A stretch of 64,000 nt of DNA from NCBI GenBank assembly GCA_965203515.1, contig OZ241907.1, forward strand, positions 2,304,001 through 2,368,000, written 5' to 3'. The position numbers were made by a program, and so were the translations under genes. The notes under the pieces were generated by a model. It saw nothing but the letters and a program-made list of their open reading frames with translations. It was not told the origin of the DNA and did not search any database. Shown piece by piece: positions 1 through 10,675 of the stretch. The stretch's first letter is position 1, and every line of letters starts with the position of its first letter. This DNA comes from Spirochaetia bacterium. Its GTDB lineage: Bacteria; Spirochaetota; Spirochaetia; SZUA-6; Bin103.

Positions 1-1536
<1,536 letters not shown>

Positions 1537-1611
1537 ATGTGCAGGGCTTCCGCCCGAAGGCATCCGCCCTGCGAATCTACATTCGAGGACCCCACTCTCC
1601 CCATCCCTGTG

Positions 1612-1722
1612 ATGTCAAAGAAGCGCTGATTCCGGCCCCTTGCGAGCCCGGAGCGCCGCCGGACGGGCATGATGTGAGCCCGACCGACTCACGGCTCCCT
1701 TTCTTCATCCCGGGAGCCGTGA
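1612..1722 (-). promoter_or_regulatory. rrn leader antitermination elements (boxB-like hairpin and boxA-like motif)
   Basis: Hairpin TCACGGCTCCC...GGGAGCCGTGA at ~1689-1722 and boxA-like GCTTCTTTGACA at ~1613-1624 on the minus strand. Confidence 0.55.
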
Positions 1723-1727
1723 CAAGG

Positions 1728-1757
1728 AGTCTATGCACGATCGATCGGGTCCGTCAA
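1728..1757 (-). promoter_or_regulatory. sigma70-type promoter of the rRNA gene
   Basis: TTGACG (1752-1757), 18 nt spacer, TAGACT (1728-1733), about 190 nt upstream of the 16S 5' end. Confidence 0.75.
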
Positions 1758-2162
1758 GCGCTCCGCGTCGTTTTTTTCATCTTTCGTCATCGACTCCCCA
1801 GCAGGTCCCCCGGCCGCGCCCTGCCCGGCCGCGCTCTGGGCCGCCAGCTGCTCCAGCGCCGCGCGCTTCGCTGCGCACCGGCCCGCCACGTCGTCGATCT
1901 GCAGCATGAGGTCCTTCACGCCGGGCGTCCCCCGCGATACCGTGGCTTGGCCCTGGGCGCCCAGCCGATCGTGGATCAGAGACCCCAACTCCTCCAGGAG
2001 CCGCCCGCGCTGCCGTTCGAGCTGCAGCAGGTCAAGGCGGAGCGCACCCCGCTCGCCCAACTCCCGAGCTTTCGATCGGGCGCGGTCCAGGGCGTCGCGC
2101 GAGCCCTTGAGCCCCTGATTGACGGCCCGTTCGACACCGCGCCAAAGGGCGCTGCCAGCCAT
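1731..2162 (-). CDS. hypothetical coiled-coil protein
   Basis: 143-aa ATG-started ORF with helical Leu/Glu/Arg periodicity (LRLDLLQLERQRGRLLEELG); divergent from ahcY. Confidence 0.7.
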   Translation of the reverse strand: MAGSALWRGVERAVNQGLKGSRDALDRARSKARELGERGALRLDLLQLERQRGRLLEELGSLIHDRLGAQGQATVSRGTPGVKDLMLQIDDVAGRCAAKRAALEQLAAQSAAGQGAAGGPAGESMTKDEKNDAERLTDPIDRA

Positions 2163-2326
2163 AGCGACAGACAGGGTACTACAATCGGCGCCCCGCTACA
2201 ATCGGCGGACGCCAGCCACCGCGCCGAGCGACCGGTTCGGAGCGCCGGTCCGAGACCAGCGACCGGCGCTCCGACGCGGTCGACCGCGGCTTCGCTTCGC
2301 ACTACACTCCTGCGGTGACTCGTTCC

Positions 2327-3583
2327 ATGAACCGCTACAAGATCAAGGATACCGCCCTCGCGGATCAGGGCGCGCTGAAGCTCCGCTGGGCGGAATCACG
2401 CATGCCGGTGCTTCAGCACCTGCGCAGCCTGCACCGCGACTCGAAGCCGCTTGCCGGCATGCGGATCGCCGGTTGCCTGCACGTGACCAAGGAGACCGCG
2501 ATCCTGGTCCGCGCCCTGAGGGACGCCGGCGCGGAGCTGGCATGGTCGGGTTGCAATCCGTTGTCGACCCAGGACGACGTGGCCGCGGCGCTGGCGGCGG
2601 AGGGCGTCCCGATCTACGCGTGGCACGGCCTTTCCACCGATCAGTTCTACTGGTGCATCGACCAGACCCTGGCCGTCGGCCCCACCCTGACGCTCGACGA
2701 CGGCGCCGACCTCATCTTTCGCGCGCATGCGGCCGGCGACGACGTGACCGCCGGCATCGTCGGCGGCACCGAAGAGACCACCACCGGCGTGCATCGACTC
2801 CGGGCCATGGCCGACGACCATGCACTCCGGTACCCCGTGATCGCGGTGAACGACGCCGCCACCAAGTGGGACTTCGACAACGTCTACGGCACCGGGCAGT
2901 CGGCGCTCGACGGCGTGCTGCGCGCCACCTCGGTGCTGTTGGCCGGCAAGCGTGTCGTGGTCGCCGGCTATGGACACTGCGGACGCGGCGTGGCGCAGCG
3001 CGCGCGCGGCCTTGGCGCCAACGTCGTGGTGACCGAGGTCGATCCGATCGCGGCGCTGCAGGCGACCCTGGAAGGGTTCGACGTAACCACGATGGAGTCG
3101 GCCAGTTCCATGGGCGACGTGTTCGTCACCACGACCGGCATCCGCGACGTGATCACCCGCCGGCACTTCGAGCGTATGAAGGACGGGGCGATCGTATGCA
3201 ACGCCGGCCACTACGACTGCGAAATCAACCTGCACGACCTGGCCGAAGTCACCGTAAGCTCCGAGGAGGTGCGGGCCAACAATCGCGAGCACGTGTTGCG
3301 CGACGGCCGGCGGCTGTACGTTCTGGCGCAAGGCCGTCTGGTGAATCTGGCCGCCGCGGAGGGCCACCCGCCGGAAGTGATGGACATGTCGTTCGCCAAC
3401 CAGTTCCTGTCACTGATCAGGCTGGCCAAAGAGGGCAGCTCCATGCCGCCGCGCGTGTACCCGGTGCCGGACCGGCAGGACCGGGAGATCGCCGCCGTCA
3501 AGCTGCGGACGATGGGTATCGAGATCGACGCGCTCACCGCCGAGCAGCAGGCCTACCGGACCGACTACGCTCAAGGCACGTAG
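2327..3583 (+). CDS. ahcY: adenosylhomocysteinase (short form, no insertion)
   Basis: GCLHVTKETA, SGCNPLSTQD, LDDGADL, EETTTG, FDNVYGTGQS, GYGHCGRG, GRLVNL, GHP motifs. ATG at 2327 preferred over GTG at 2315. Confidence 0.96.
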   Translation: MNRYKIKDTALADQGALKLRWAESRMPVLQHLRSLHRDSKPLAGMRIAGCLHVTKETAILVRALRDAGAELAWSGCNPLSTQDDVAAALAAEGVPIYAWHGLSTDQFYWCIDQTLAVGPTLTLDDGADLIFRAHAAGDDVTAGIVGGTEETTTGVHRLRAMADDHALRYPVIAVNDAATKWDFDNVYGTGQSALDGVLRATSVLLAGKRVVVAGYGHCGRGVAQRARGLGANVVVTEVDPIAALQATLEGFDVTTMESASSMGDVFVTTTGIRDVITRRHFERMKDGAIVCNAGHYDCEINLHDLAEVTVSSEEVRANNREHVLRDGRRLYVLAQGRLVNLAAAEGHPPEVMDMSFANQFLSLIRLAKEGSSMPPRVYPVPDRQDREIAAVKLRTMGIEIDALTAEQQAYRTDYAQGT

Positions 3584-3641
3584 TCGGGCACGTAGTCACC
3601 CAGGCCGCAACGGCGCTTGTCCGCCATTACTCCCCGACCTC

Positions 3642-4307
3642 ATGAAGATCGTCCTCCTCGGGCCGCCGGGCGCCGGTAAGGGCACGGTCGCCAGCGTGCT
3701 GGCCGGCCGCACCGGCATCCTCCACGTCTCCACCGGCGACCTGTTCCGCGCCGCGGTGAAGGAACGGAGCCCGCTCGGCCGCCGCGTGGCCGCCCTGCTG
3801 CAGTCCGGCACGCTGGTCCCCGACTCGCTCACCATCGCCGTGGTGCGCGAGCATCTGACGACCATGCCCGGGAGATCGGCGTTCATCCTGGACGGGTTTC
3901 CCCGAACCGTCCCGCAGGCCGAGGCGCTGGCCGATCTTGCCGACATCTGCGCCGCGGTCGAGCTGATCGTGCCCGAGCGGGAAGTGGTCCGACGTCTGTC
4001 CGGCCGCCGCACCTGCAGCGCCTGCGGGACCACCTTCAACGTCGCTTCGATGCCGGCGAACGCCGCGCGCTACTGCTCACCGGTGCAGCGCGAGGACGAC
4101 GACCCGCAGGCGATCCGACGGCGGCTGCACGCCTACCGGGCGCAGACCACCCCGGTGGTCGAGTATTACCGTGCGGCCGGCCTGCTGCGGCGCATCGACG
4201 GCACCGCCACGCCCTCGGAGGTCGCCGACCGCCTGTATGCCGCGGTCTCCGGCTCGACCGATGTACAGGACGGCGTGCGTACTCCTATGATGGGGCCGCA
4301 TCTATGA
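3642..4307 (+). CDS. adk: adenylate kinase
   Basis: GPPGAGKGT P-loop, STGDLFR, LVPD, LDGFPRT, QREDD motifs. Confidence 0.9.
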   Translation: MKIVLLGPPGAGKGTVASVLAGRTGILHVSTGDLFRAAVKERSPLGRRVAALLQSGTLVPDSLTIAVVREHLTTMPGRSAFILDGFPRTVPQAEALADLADICAAVELIVPEREVVRRLSGRRTCSACGTTFNVASMPANAARYCSPVQREDDDPQAIRRRLHAYRAQTTPVVEYYRAAGLLRRIDGTATPSEVADRLYAAVSGSTDVQDGVRTPMMGPHL

Positions 4308-5713
4308 GGGCTGATATCGCGGTGGTCGGGATGGCCGTCATGGGCCGCAACCTGGCCCTCAACATCGAAAGCCGCGGCTTCACGGTCGCGGTCCACAACC
4401 GGACCGTGCGCACGCTCGAAGCGTTCGTCGAAGGCGCCGGCGCCGGGAAGCGGCTCCTGCCGTGCCGCACGCTGCCGGAGCTGGTCGCGGCGCTCGACCG
4501 ACCGCGGCGGGTGTTGCTGATGGTACAGGCCGGCGCGCCGGTCGACGCGGTGCTGGCGGAGCTCGCGCCGATGCTGGAGCCCGGCGACGTCATCCTCGAC
4601 GGCGGCAACTCGTTCTTCGCCGATACCGTACGCCGTTGCCGGGACGCGGAAGACGCCGGCCTGCTGTACCTGGGCACCGGGGTGTCGGGTGGAGACGAGG
4701 GGGCGCTGCGCGGTCCGAGCATCATGCCGGGCGGCAGCCAAGCCGCGTACCGGATCGTCAGCCCGATCCTCACGGCGATCGCCGCGCAGGTCGACGGCAG
4801 CCCCTGCTGCACCTACATCGGCGCCGGCGGCGCCGGCCATTACGTCAAGATGGTGCACAACGGCATCGAGTACGGCGACATGCAGCTCATCGCCGAGGCG
4901 TTCGCCCTGCTGCGGCACCTGTGCGGCATGACCTGCGCGGAGATGCACGAACGCTTCGCGGCCTGGAACCGCGGCGATCTCGACTCCTACCTGATCGAGA
5001 TCACGGCTCGGATACTGGCCGCTACCGACCCGGAGACCGGCGCGCCGATCGTCGACGTGATCCTGGACAAGGCGGGCCAGAAGGGCACGGGGACCTGGAC
5101 CGGGCAGTCCGCGCTGGAACTGGGCGCCCCGGCGCCCACCATCGCCGAGGCGGTGTTCGCGCGCTCGCTGTCGGCCGCGAAGGCGGAACGGATCGTCGCC
5201 GCCGGCGTCCTGCGCGGTCCCGGCACGACCTTCGCCGGCGACCGCGCGGCATTGGCCGACGCGATCGGCGCCGCGCTCTATGCCGCGAAGATATGCTCGT
5301 ACGCTCAGGGGTTCGCGCTGCTGCGGACCGCGGCCGCCCAATACGACTGGCAGCTCGATTACGGGGCGATCGCGATGATCTGGCGGGGCGGTTGCATCAT
5401 CCGCGCGCGCTTCCTGCGACGGATCAAGGAAGCATACGAGCGCGACCCCGGCTTGGCCAATCTGATGCTCGACCCGTACTTCGCCGACGTCCTGCATGAG
5501 GCGCAGCCCGCCTGGCGGCAGGTCGTCGGGGCGGCCACCGCGGCCGGGATACCGATCCCGGCGTTCGCGTCGGCGCTCAGCTACTTCGACTCCTATCGGA
5601 CCGCCCGCCTGCCGGCAAGCATGATCCAGGCGCAGCGCGACTACTTCGGCGCCCATACGTACGAACGGGTCGACCGCCCTGGCACGTTCCATACCGACTG
5701 GACGTCGACGTGA
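4304..5713 (+). CDS. gnd: NADP-dependent 6-phosphogluconate dehydrogenase
   Basis: GMAVMGRNLA, DGGNS, GVSGG, KMVHNGIEY, QKGTG, WRGGCIIR, QAQRDYFGAHTY. Confidence 0.97.
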   Translation: MRADIAVVGMAVMGRNLALNIESRGFTVAVHNRTVRTLEAFVEGAGAGKRLLPCRTLPELVAALDRPRRVLLMVQAGAPVDAVLAELAPMLEPGDVILDGGNSFFADTVRRCRDAEDAGLLYLGTGVSGGDEGALRGPSIMPGGSQAAYRIVSPILTAIAAQVDGSPCCTYIGAGGAGHYVKMVHNGIEYGDMQLIAEAFALLRHLCGMTCAEMHERFAAWNRGDLDSYLIEITARILAATDPETGAPIVDVILDKAGQKGTGTWTGQSALELGAPAPTIAEAVFARSLSAAKAERIVAAGVLRGPGTTFAGDRAALADAIGAALYAAKICSYAQGFALLRTAAAQYDWQLDYGAIAMIWRGGCIIRARFLRRIKEAYERDPGLANLMLDPYFADVLHEAQPAWRQVVGAATAAGIPIPAFASALSYFDSYRTARLPASMIQAQRDYFGAHTYERVDRPGTFHTDWTST

Positions 5714-6507
5714 CCGCTTCGCCGCTCTTCTCGCTGGACTGCACCGTCGCCATCTCGGGCGGCGGAGCGACCTTGGCGATCGGTATGGCGCGCGGCCTGC
5801 TGGACGCCGGCGCGCGCGTCGCGGTCTGGAGCCGCCGAGCGGAGACGGTCGACCGCGCGCTGAGCACGCTCGACGCTCCGGGCCGGACGACCGGCGCGGT
5901 CGCCGACGCCGGATCGCCCGACGCGATCCGGCAGGCGCTCGCGCACACCGAGGAACGCCTGGGGAGTCCGGGCGTCCTGATCAACGCGGTCGGCGGCAAC
6001 CTGAGCGCCGGCCCGTTCACCGAGATCGACGTAGCCGTCTTCCGGAAGACGATCGAGCTCAACCTGATCGCCGGCTGCGTGGTCCCGACCCAGGTCGTCG
6101 CGGCGTACTGGATCGATCGCGGGGTTCCGGGCTCCATCGTCAACATCGCATCGATGTCCTCGTACAAACCGCTGTCGCGCGTCTGGGCCTACGGGGCGGC
6201 GAAGGCGGGCGTGATGAACCTCACGGAGGCGACGGCAAAGGAGTTCGCTCCCCACGGCATCCGCGTGAACGCGATCGCGCCGGGGTTCTTCCTTGCCGAG
6301 CAGAACCGGCGACTGCTGATCGACGAACGGACCGGCGAACCGACCGAGCGCGGCCGGCAGGTGCTGGGCCGCACCCCGTTCGCGCGGTTCGGCGAACCGG
6401 AAGAGCTGGCCGGCGCCGCGGTATTCCTGGCAAGCGCGGCTGCTTCCGGGTTTGTGACCGGCGCGACGATCCCGGTCGATGGCGGCTTTCTGGTGGACAA
6501 CATTTGA
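5710..6507 (+). CDS. SDR oxidoreductase, D-mannonate oxidoreductase (UxuB/YjmF-like)
   Basis: YGAAK catalytic motif, SIVNIASMS, NAIAPGFFLAEQNRRLL, GATIPVDGG. GTGA overlap with gnd. Confidence 0.8.
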   Translation: MTASPLFSLDCTVAISGGGATLAIGMARGLLDAGARVAVWSRRAETVDRALSTLDAPGRTTGAVADAGSPDAIRQALAHTEERLGSPGVLINAVGGNLSAGPFTEIDVAVFRKTIELNLIAGCVVPTQVVAAYWIDRGVPGSIVNIASMSSYKPLSRVWAYGAAKAGVMNLTEATAKEFAPHGIRVNAIAPGFFLAEQNRRLLIDERTGEPTERGRQVLGRTPFARFGEPEELAGAAVFLASAAASGFVTGATIPVDGGFLVDNI

Positions 6508-7754
6508 AGGCCGGCGAAGCGTTGACCTGCCAGGACATCCGCAGCCGCATCGAAGCCGGGACGCCGCGAGCGCTGTACGAGTCGCGGCGGGTGCTGGCGA
6601 TCACGCCCGACGCTACCCGCACCGCGCCGCTGCCGGCGTTGATACGCGCCGTCGACGAGGTGATCGGCGCCCGCGCGCGGCAGCTCGACTACATGGTGGC
6701 GCTCGGCACGCACCCGATCATGCCGGACGAAGCGATCGCCCGGCTCTACGGCGTGAGCCCCGCCGAGCGGGCCGAGCGCTTTGCCGCCAACCGCTTCCTC
6801 AACCACCGCTGGGACACGCCGGGGACGCTGCAGCGGATCGGCTCGTTCACCGAACGTCAGATCGCCGCGGCCACCGACGGCCGTTTCGCCGAAGCGATCG
6901 ACGTGACGATCAATCGGATCGTCTTCGACTATGACCTGTTGCTGATCATCGGTCCGGTCTTCCCGCATGAGATCGTCGGCTTCTCAGGCGGCCACAAGTA
7001 CCTGTTCCCCGGCATCTCCGGCGGCGAGTTTCTGGACTTCTTCCACTGGCTCAGCGCGGTGATCACCTGCATGCGGACGATCGGGCGCAAGGATACGCCG
7101 GCACGCCGCGTCATCGAGCAGGCGGCCGATCTGGTACCGACCGCCTGTCACCTGATCGCCATGGTCGTGCAGCCCGGACAGGAACCGCCCGAGCTCGCCG
7201 GACTGTACGTCGGAGATCCGCGTCAGGCATGGAGCGATGCCGCCGACCATTCCGCCCGCATTCACGTCACCTATACGCCACGCCGCTACCACACCGTGCT
7301 CGGCCACGCCCCGGCGATGTATGACGAGCTGTGGGTAGGCGGCAAGGTGATGTACAAGCTGGAGTCGGTGGTCGCCGACGGCGGCCGGCTGATCATCTAC
7401 GGGCCGCAGATCGACAAGCTCTCGGCCACCTGGGGCGCCTGCCTGGAGCGGGTCGGCTACCACGTCACCGACTACCTGGTGGCGCAGCGGCACCGCTTCC
7501 CGGACGTCCCGCGCGGCGTGCTGGCGCACTCGGCGCTGGTCCGCGGCGTCGGCGAATACCGCGACGGCGTGGAGCGTCCCCGGATCGACGTGGAGCTGGC
7601 CACCGCCCTGCCGCCCTCCCTGTGCAAACGCATCGGGCTCGGTTACCGGGATCCGGCGACCGTGGAGCTGGACGACTACCGGAACCGCGAAGAGTCCGGC
7701 ATTCTGTACGTCCCGCACGCCGGCGAGGTGCTGCATTTGCCGGCGGCCGACTGA
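6504..7754 (+). CDS. LarA-family nickel-pincer 2-hydroxyacid racemase/epimerase (GntE-like context)
   Basis: PDATR, ALGTH, FPHEIVGFSGGHKYLFPG, FFHW, GKVMYK match LarA D72/R75, H108, H174/K184, H200, K298. Confidence 0.88.
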   Translation: MKAGEALTCQDIRSRIEAGTPRALYESRRVLAITPDATRTAPLPALIRAVDEVIGARARQLDYMVALGTHPIMPDEAIARLYGVSPAERAERFAANRFLNHRWDTPGTLQRIGSFTERQIAAATDGRFAEAIDVTINRIVFDYDLLLIIGPVFPHEIVGFSGGHKYLFPGISGGEFLDFFHWLSAVITCMRTIGRKDTPARRVIEQAADLVPTACHLIAMVVQPGQEPPELAGLYVGDPRQAWSDAADHSARIHVTYTPRRYHTVLGHAPAMYDELWVGGKVMYKLESVVADGGRLIIYGPQIDKLSATWGACLERVGYHVTDYLVAQRHRFPDVPRGVLAHSALVRGVGEYRDGVERPRIDVELATALPPSLCKRIGLGYRDPATVELDDYRNREESGILYVPHAGEVLHLPAAD

Positions 7755-7766
7755 CGCCGCGGTCGC

Positions 7767-8546
7767 ATGGCACGCCCGCTCCGATTGTTCATCGACTTCG
7801 ACGGCGTAATCTGCGACTCGGCGGCCGAGTGCCTGTTCAGCTCGTGGGCGGCGTACGATCGTCTGGCCCGGAGCGCCGACGTCGGAGCAGCGGCCGTCCG
7901 GCCGCCGGCTGCTCCGCGGGTCGTTCCGATCGCACTGCGAAAGCGCTTCATGCACCTCCGCCCGTTCATCCGCGCCGGCGACGACTATGTCCTGATCCAG
8001 CACCTGTTGGCCGCCGACCGCATGCCGTCGCGCCAGGAGGAGTTCGATCGGGCCCGCCGCGACGCGGGGCCGCAGACCCTGGCCCGTTACGCGGATGCCC
8101 TCAACCGCGTCCGGCAGGAGCTGCTGGCCCACGACCGCGACCACTGGCTGCGCCTGAACCCGCTCTACCCCGGCATGGCGGCGCTGCTGCGGGCCGCCGA
8201 CTGGGAGACGACCTCCATCCTGTCGACCAAGCGCCCGCCGTACATCGCGGCGATCCTCGACTTCCATGCGGTCGCGGTGCCGTCGCAGGCTATCCTGCAC
8301 GCCGCCGCGGCCTCCAAGCTGGAGATGGTCTCCATGGCGCTGAACGAGCGGCCGGACGATCGCGCCGCGCTGGTCGACGATCAGCTCGATCACCTGATCG
8401 GCAACGACGACGGGCGCATCGAGGTCTATCTGGCGGATTGGGGATATGCCAAGCCGGAATGGCTCGCCGACCCGCGCGTCCCCACGCTCGCCCGTACCGG
8501 GCTGGCCGACCTGTTGGCGCGCGCACGGACCGGCGGCGCGTCGTGA
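7767..8546 (+). CDS. HAD-superfamily hydrolase
   Basis: DFDGVICDS motif I, LSTK motif II, K...LVDD motifs III/IV, ADWGY. Confidence 0.85.
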   Translation: MARPLRLFIDFDGVICDSAAECLFSSWAAYDRLARSADVGAAAVRPPAAPRVVPIALRKRFMHLRPFIRAGDDYVLIQHLLAADRMPSRQEEFDRARRDAGPQTLARYADALNRVRQELLAHDRDHWLRLNPLYPGMAALLRAADWETTSILSTKRPPYIAAILDFHAVAVPSQAILHAAAASKLEMVSMALNERPDDRAALVDDQLDHLIGNDDGRIEVYLADWGYAKPEWLADPRVPTLARTGLADLLARARTGGAS

Positions 8547-9376
8547 TCCGCGGACTGCTGCTGGTCTGCTACCTGCTGATCCGCTTCCTGTACGGTGACC
8601 TGCGCGTGGGCTGGTGGAAGCTGTGGGGAACCGGCCGAGCGCCGGCTCCGTCCGGCAGCGGCGCGGGCGGCGGCGACGACCGCGAACGGATGCGGCGCAC
8701 GGCGGTCACCGCGTTCATGCTCCGCGAGGCGCGGCGGCTGATCCGCGGCGCGGAGGCGCTGACGGGATTCCGCACCGTTGCCGAATCGGCGCTGACGGAG
8801 CTGCCGCCCGTGTTCGTACTGGTGAGCAATCACCAGAGCCTGCTGGACATCCCCATCCTGATCACGGCGCTGCCGCAGAGGCGGCTCAAGTTCATCGCCA
8901 AGCGATCGCTGAAGTACGGTATCCCGCTGGTGTCGAAGTGCCTGCGCTACGGCGGAGACGCCCTGATCGTCCGGCCTAGCGGCCGCTTCGAATCGCATCA
9001 GGTGCGCCTGCTGCTCCGCGAGCTGCAACGCTTTGCCGCGCTCGCCGACGAGGGGATCTGTCCGGTCATCTTTGCCGACGGCACCCGATCGCGGGACGGC
9101 GCCGTGCACCGATTCCACACCGGGGGACTTGCCGCGGTCCTGGCGCGCCGGCCGCTACCGATCGTAACGGTCGCAGTCGACGGCGGCTACCGGCTGCGGG
9201 GCGTCATCGGCCTTGCCCGCGTGGGGCGAACCCGCTATCGGGTGAAGTTCCTGTCGGTGTACCGGCCGCCGGCCGGCAAGGGCGAGTTGCGCGCGCTCGT
9301 GCAGCGCATGCACGCAGAGATCGCGGCGCAGGTCGAGCGCTGGAGGCGGGAGCCGCCCACCCTCATACCGGGCTGA
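8543..9376 (+). CDS. lysophospholipid acyltransferase (PlsC family)
   Basis: NHQSLLD (HX4D), FIAK, FADGTRS. GTG start overlaps the HAD stop (GTGA). Confidence 0.85.
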   Translation: MIRGLLLVCYLLIRFLYGDLRVGWWKLWGTGRAPAPSGSGAGGGDDRERMRRTAVTAFMLREARRLIRGAEALTGFRTVAESALTELPPVFVLVSNHQSLLDIPILITALPQRRLKFIAKRSLKYGIPLVSKCLRYGGDALIVRPSGRFESHQVRLLLRELQRFAALADEGICPVIFADGTRSRDGAVHRFHTGGLAAVLARRPLPIVTVAVDGGYRLRGVIGLARVGRTRYRVKFLSVYRPPAGKGELRALVQRMHAEIAAQVERWRREPPTLIPG

Positions 9377-10223
9377 TTTCCCAGCGCCGATTCGCCTCAT
9401 CGAACCGGAAGTCTCCGAAGTCGATGCCGAGAACGACCCCATCCGCGCCGCTGATGCGGGCGCGGCGGGTCAGCGCGTTCAACTCGATCACGCGGAACCG
9501 GTCGCCCTGGTAATAGACCGACTTGCCTTCCTTGGGGACCGAACGGCGCGCCTCACGATAGAAATCGTACTCATACGCAAGGCAGCAGAGCAGGCGCCCG
9601 CACTGCCCGGAGATGCGCCGCGTATCGAGCGACAGTCCCTGCTCGCGGGCCATGCGCACCGTCACGCGCGGCCGACGGTCGGTGACCCCATTGCAGCAGA
9701 GGACCCGACCGCAGACCCCGGCGCCGCCGATGATGCGGGTTTCGTCGCGCATGCCGACCTGCTGCAAATCGATGCGCATACCGACCTCATGCGACAACTC
9801 GCCTACCAGACGGCGGAAGTCGACGCGCTTCTCCGCCGTGAAGTAGAGGATCAACATGCCGCCGCCGAACACCACGTGCGCGGCGACCAGCTTCAGCGTC
9901 AAGCCGACCCGATCGAGGCGGAGGCGACAGGAGCGGAGCAGATCGCCGGCCAACTCGCGGTTGCGTTCGAAGTCGTCCAGATCGCGGGCGTCCGTTTGGC
10001 GGATCACCTCGAACAGCTCGGCGCCGCGCAGCTCCGCTTCGTCATGGACCGGCCCCAGCACGCGGCCGACCTCGGAGCCGTGGCGGGTCGGCACGATGAC
10101 GCCGGCGCCGGTCCCCAGGTCGATCGCCTCGGACGCGGGCGGTGGCACGCACAAACAGGTCTCGCTGGAGTGGATCAGCTTGACGCGAACGACTTGGCCG
10201 CTCACCGCCGCGGCGGACGTCAC
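9363..10223 (-). CDS. ricT: PSP1/RicT (YaaT) family Fe-S protein
   Basis: YFTAEKRVDFRRLV, RDET..GGAGVCGRVLCC, ISGQCGRLLCCLAYE. Confidence 0.9.
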   Translation of the reverse strand: MTSAAAVSGQVVRVKLIHSSETCLCVPPPASEAIDLGTGAGVIVPTRHGSEVGRVLGPVHDEAELRGAELFEVIRQTDARDLDDFERNRELAGDLLRSCRLRLDRVGLTLKLVAAHVVFGGGMLILYFTAEKRVDFRRLVGELSHEVGMRIDLQQVGMRDETRIIGGAGVCGRVLCCNGVTDRRPRVTVRMAREQGLSLDTRRISGQCGRLLCCLAYEYDFYREARRSVPKEGKSVYYQGDRFRVIELNALTRRARISGADGVVLGIDFGDFRFDEANRRWEISPV

Positions 10224-10675
10224 GACGACCCCGGCGGCAGGGACGGCGGCGGTATCGGCCCATCGTCACGGTCACCATCTTCGCCGTCCGTCAATGCGGC
10301 GGTCTCCGCGCGTTCGCCTCCGGCGCGTTCGCCTCCCGCGTGGCACCGTCCGCAGAACCGGCCGCCGTCTTCGACGATCAGGCGCGGCGTGCGGATCGTG
10401 CCGACCACGGTTGCGGTCGAGCGCAGCTCGACCAGCTCGGAGGCGACGATGTTCCCCCGCATGACGCCGGCGACGACCACCGTACCGGCGTGCACGGTAC
10501 ATTCGGTCTGACCGGTGCGGCCGATGAGAACCCGGTCGCTGGCGTGCACCACACCGTTGAAATGGCCGTCGATGCGCAGCATCCCGGTCAGATCGAGCTG
10601 ACCGGTCAACCGCGTGCCCTGTCCTACGATCGAGTCGACGGTCGCCTCGCCGCCGCGCAGCCGATCGGTCGTCAT
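10220..10675 (-). CDS. bactofilin (polymer-forming cytoskeletal protein)
   Basis: SIVGQGTRLTGQL..LRIDG..G.I.TPRLIVEDGGRFCG beta-helix pattern; coupled to an M23 gene. Confidence 0.92.
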   Translation of the reverse strand: MTTDRLRGGEATVDSIVGQGTRLTGQLDLTGMLRIDGHFNGVVHASDRVLIGRTGQTECTVHAGTVVVAGVMRGNIVASELVELRSTATVVGTIRTPRLIVEDGGRFCGRCHAGGERAGGERAETAALTDGEDGDRDDGPIPPPSLPPGSS

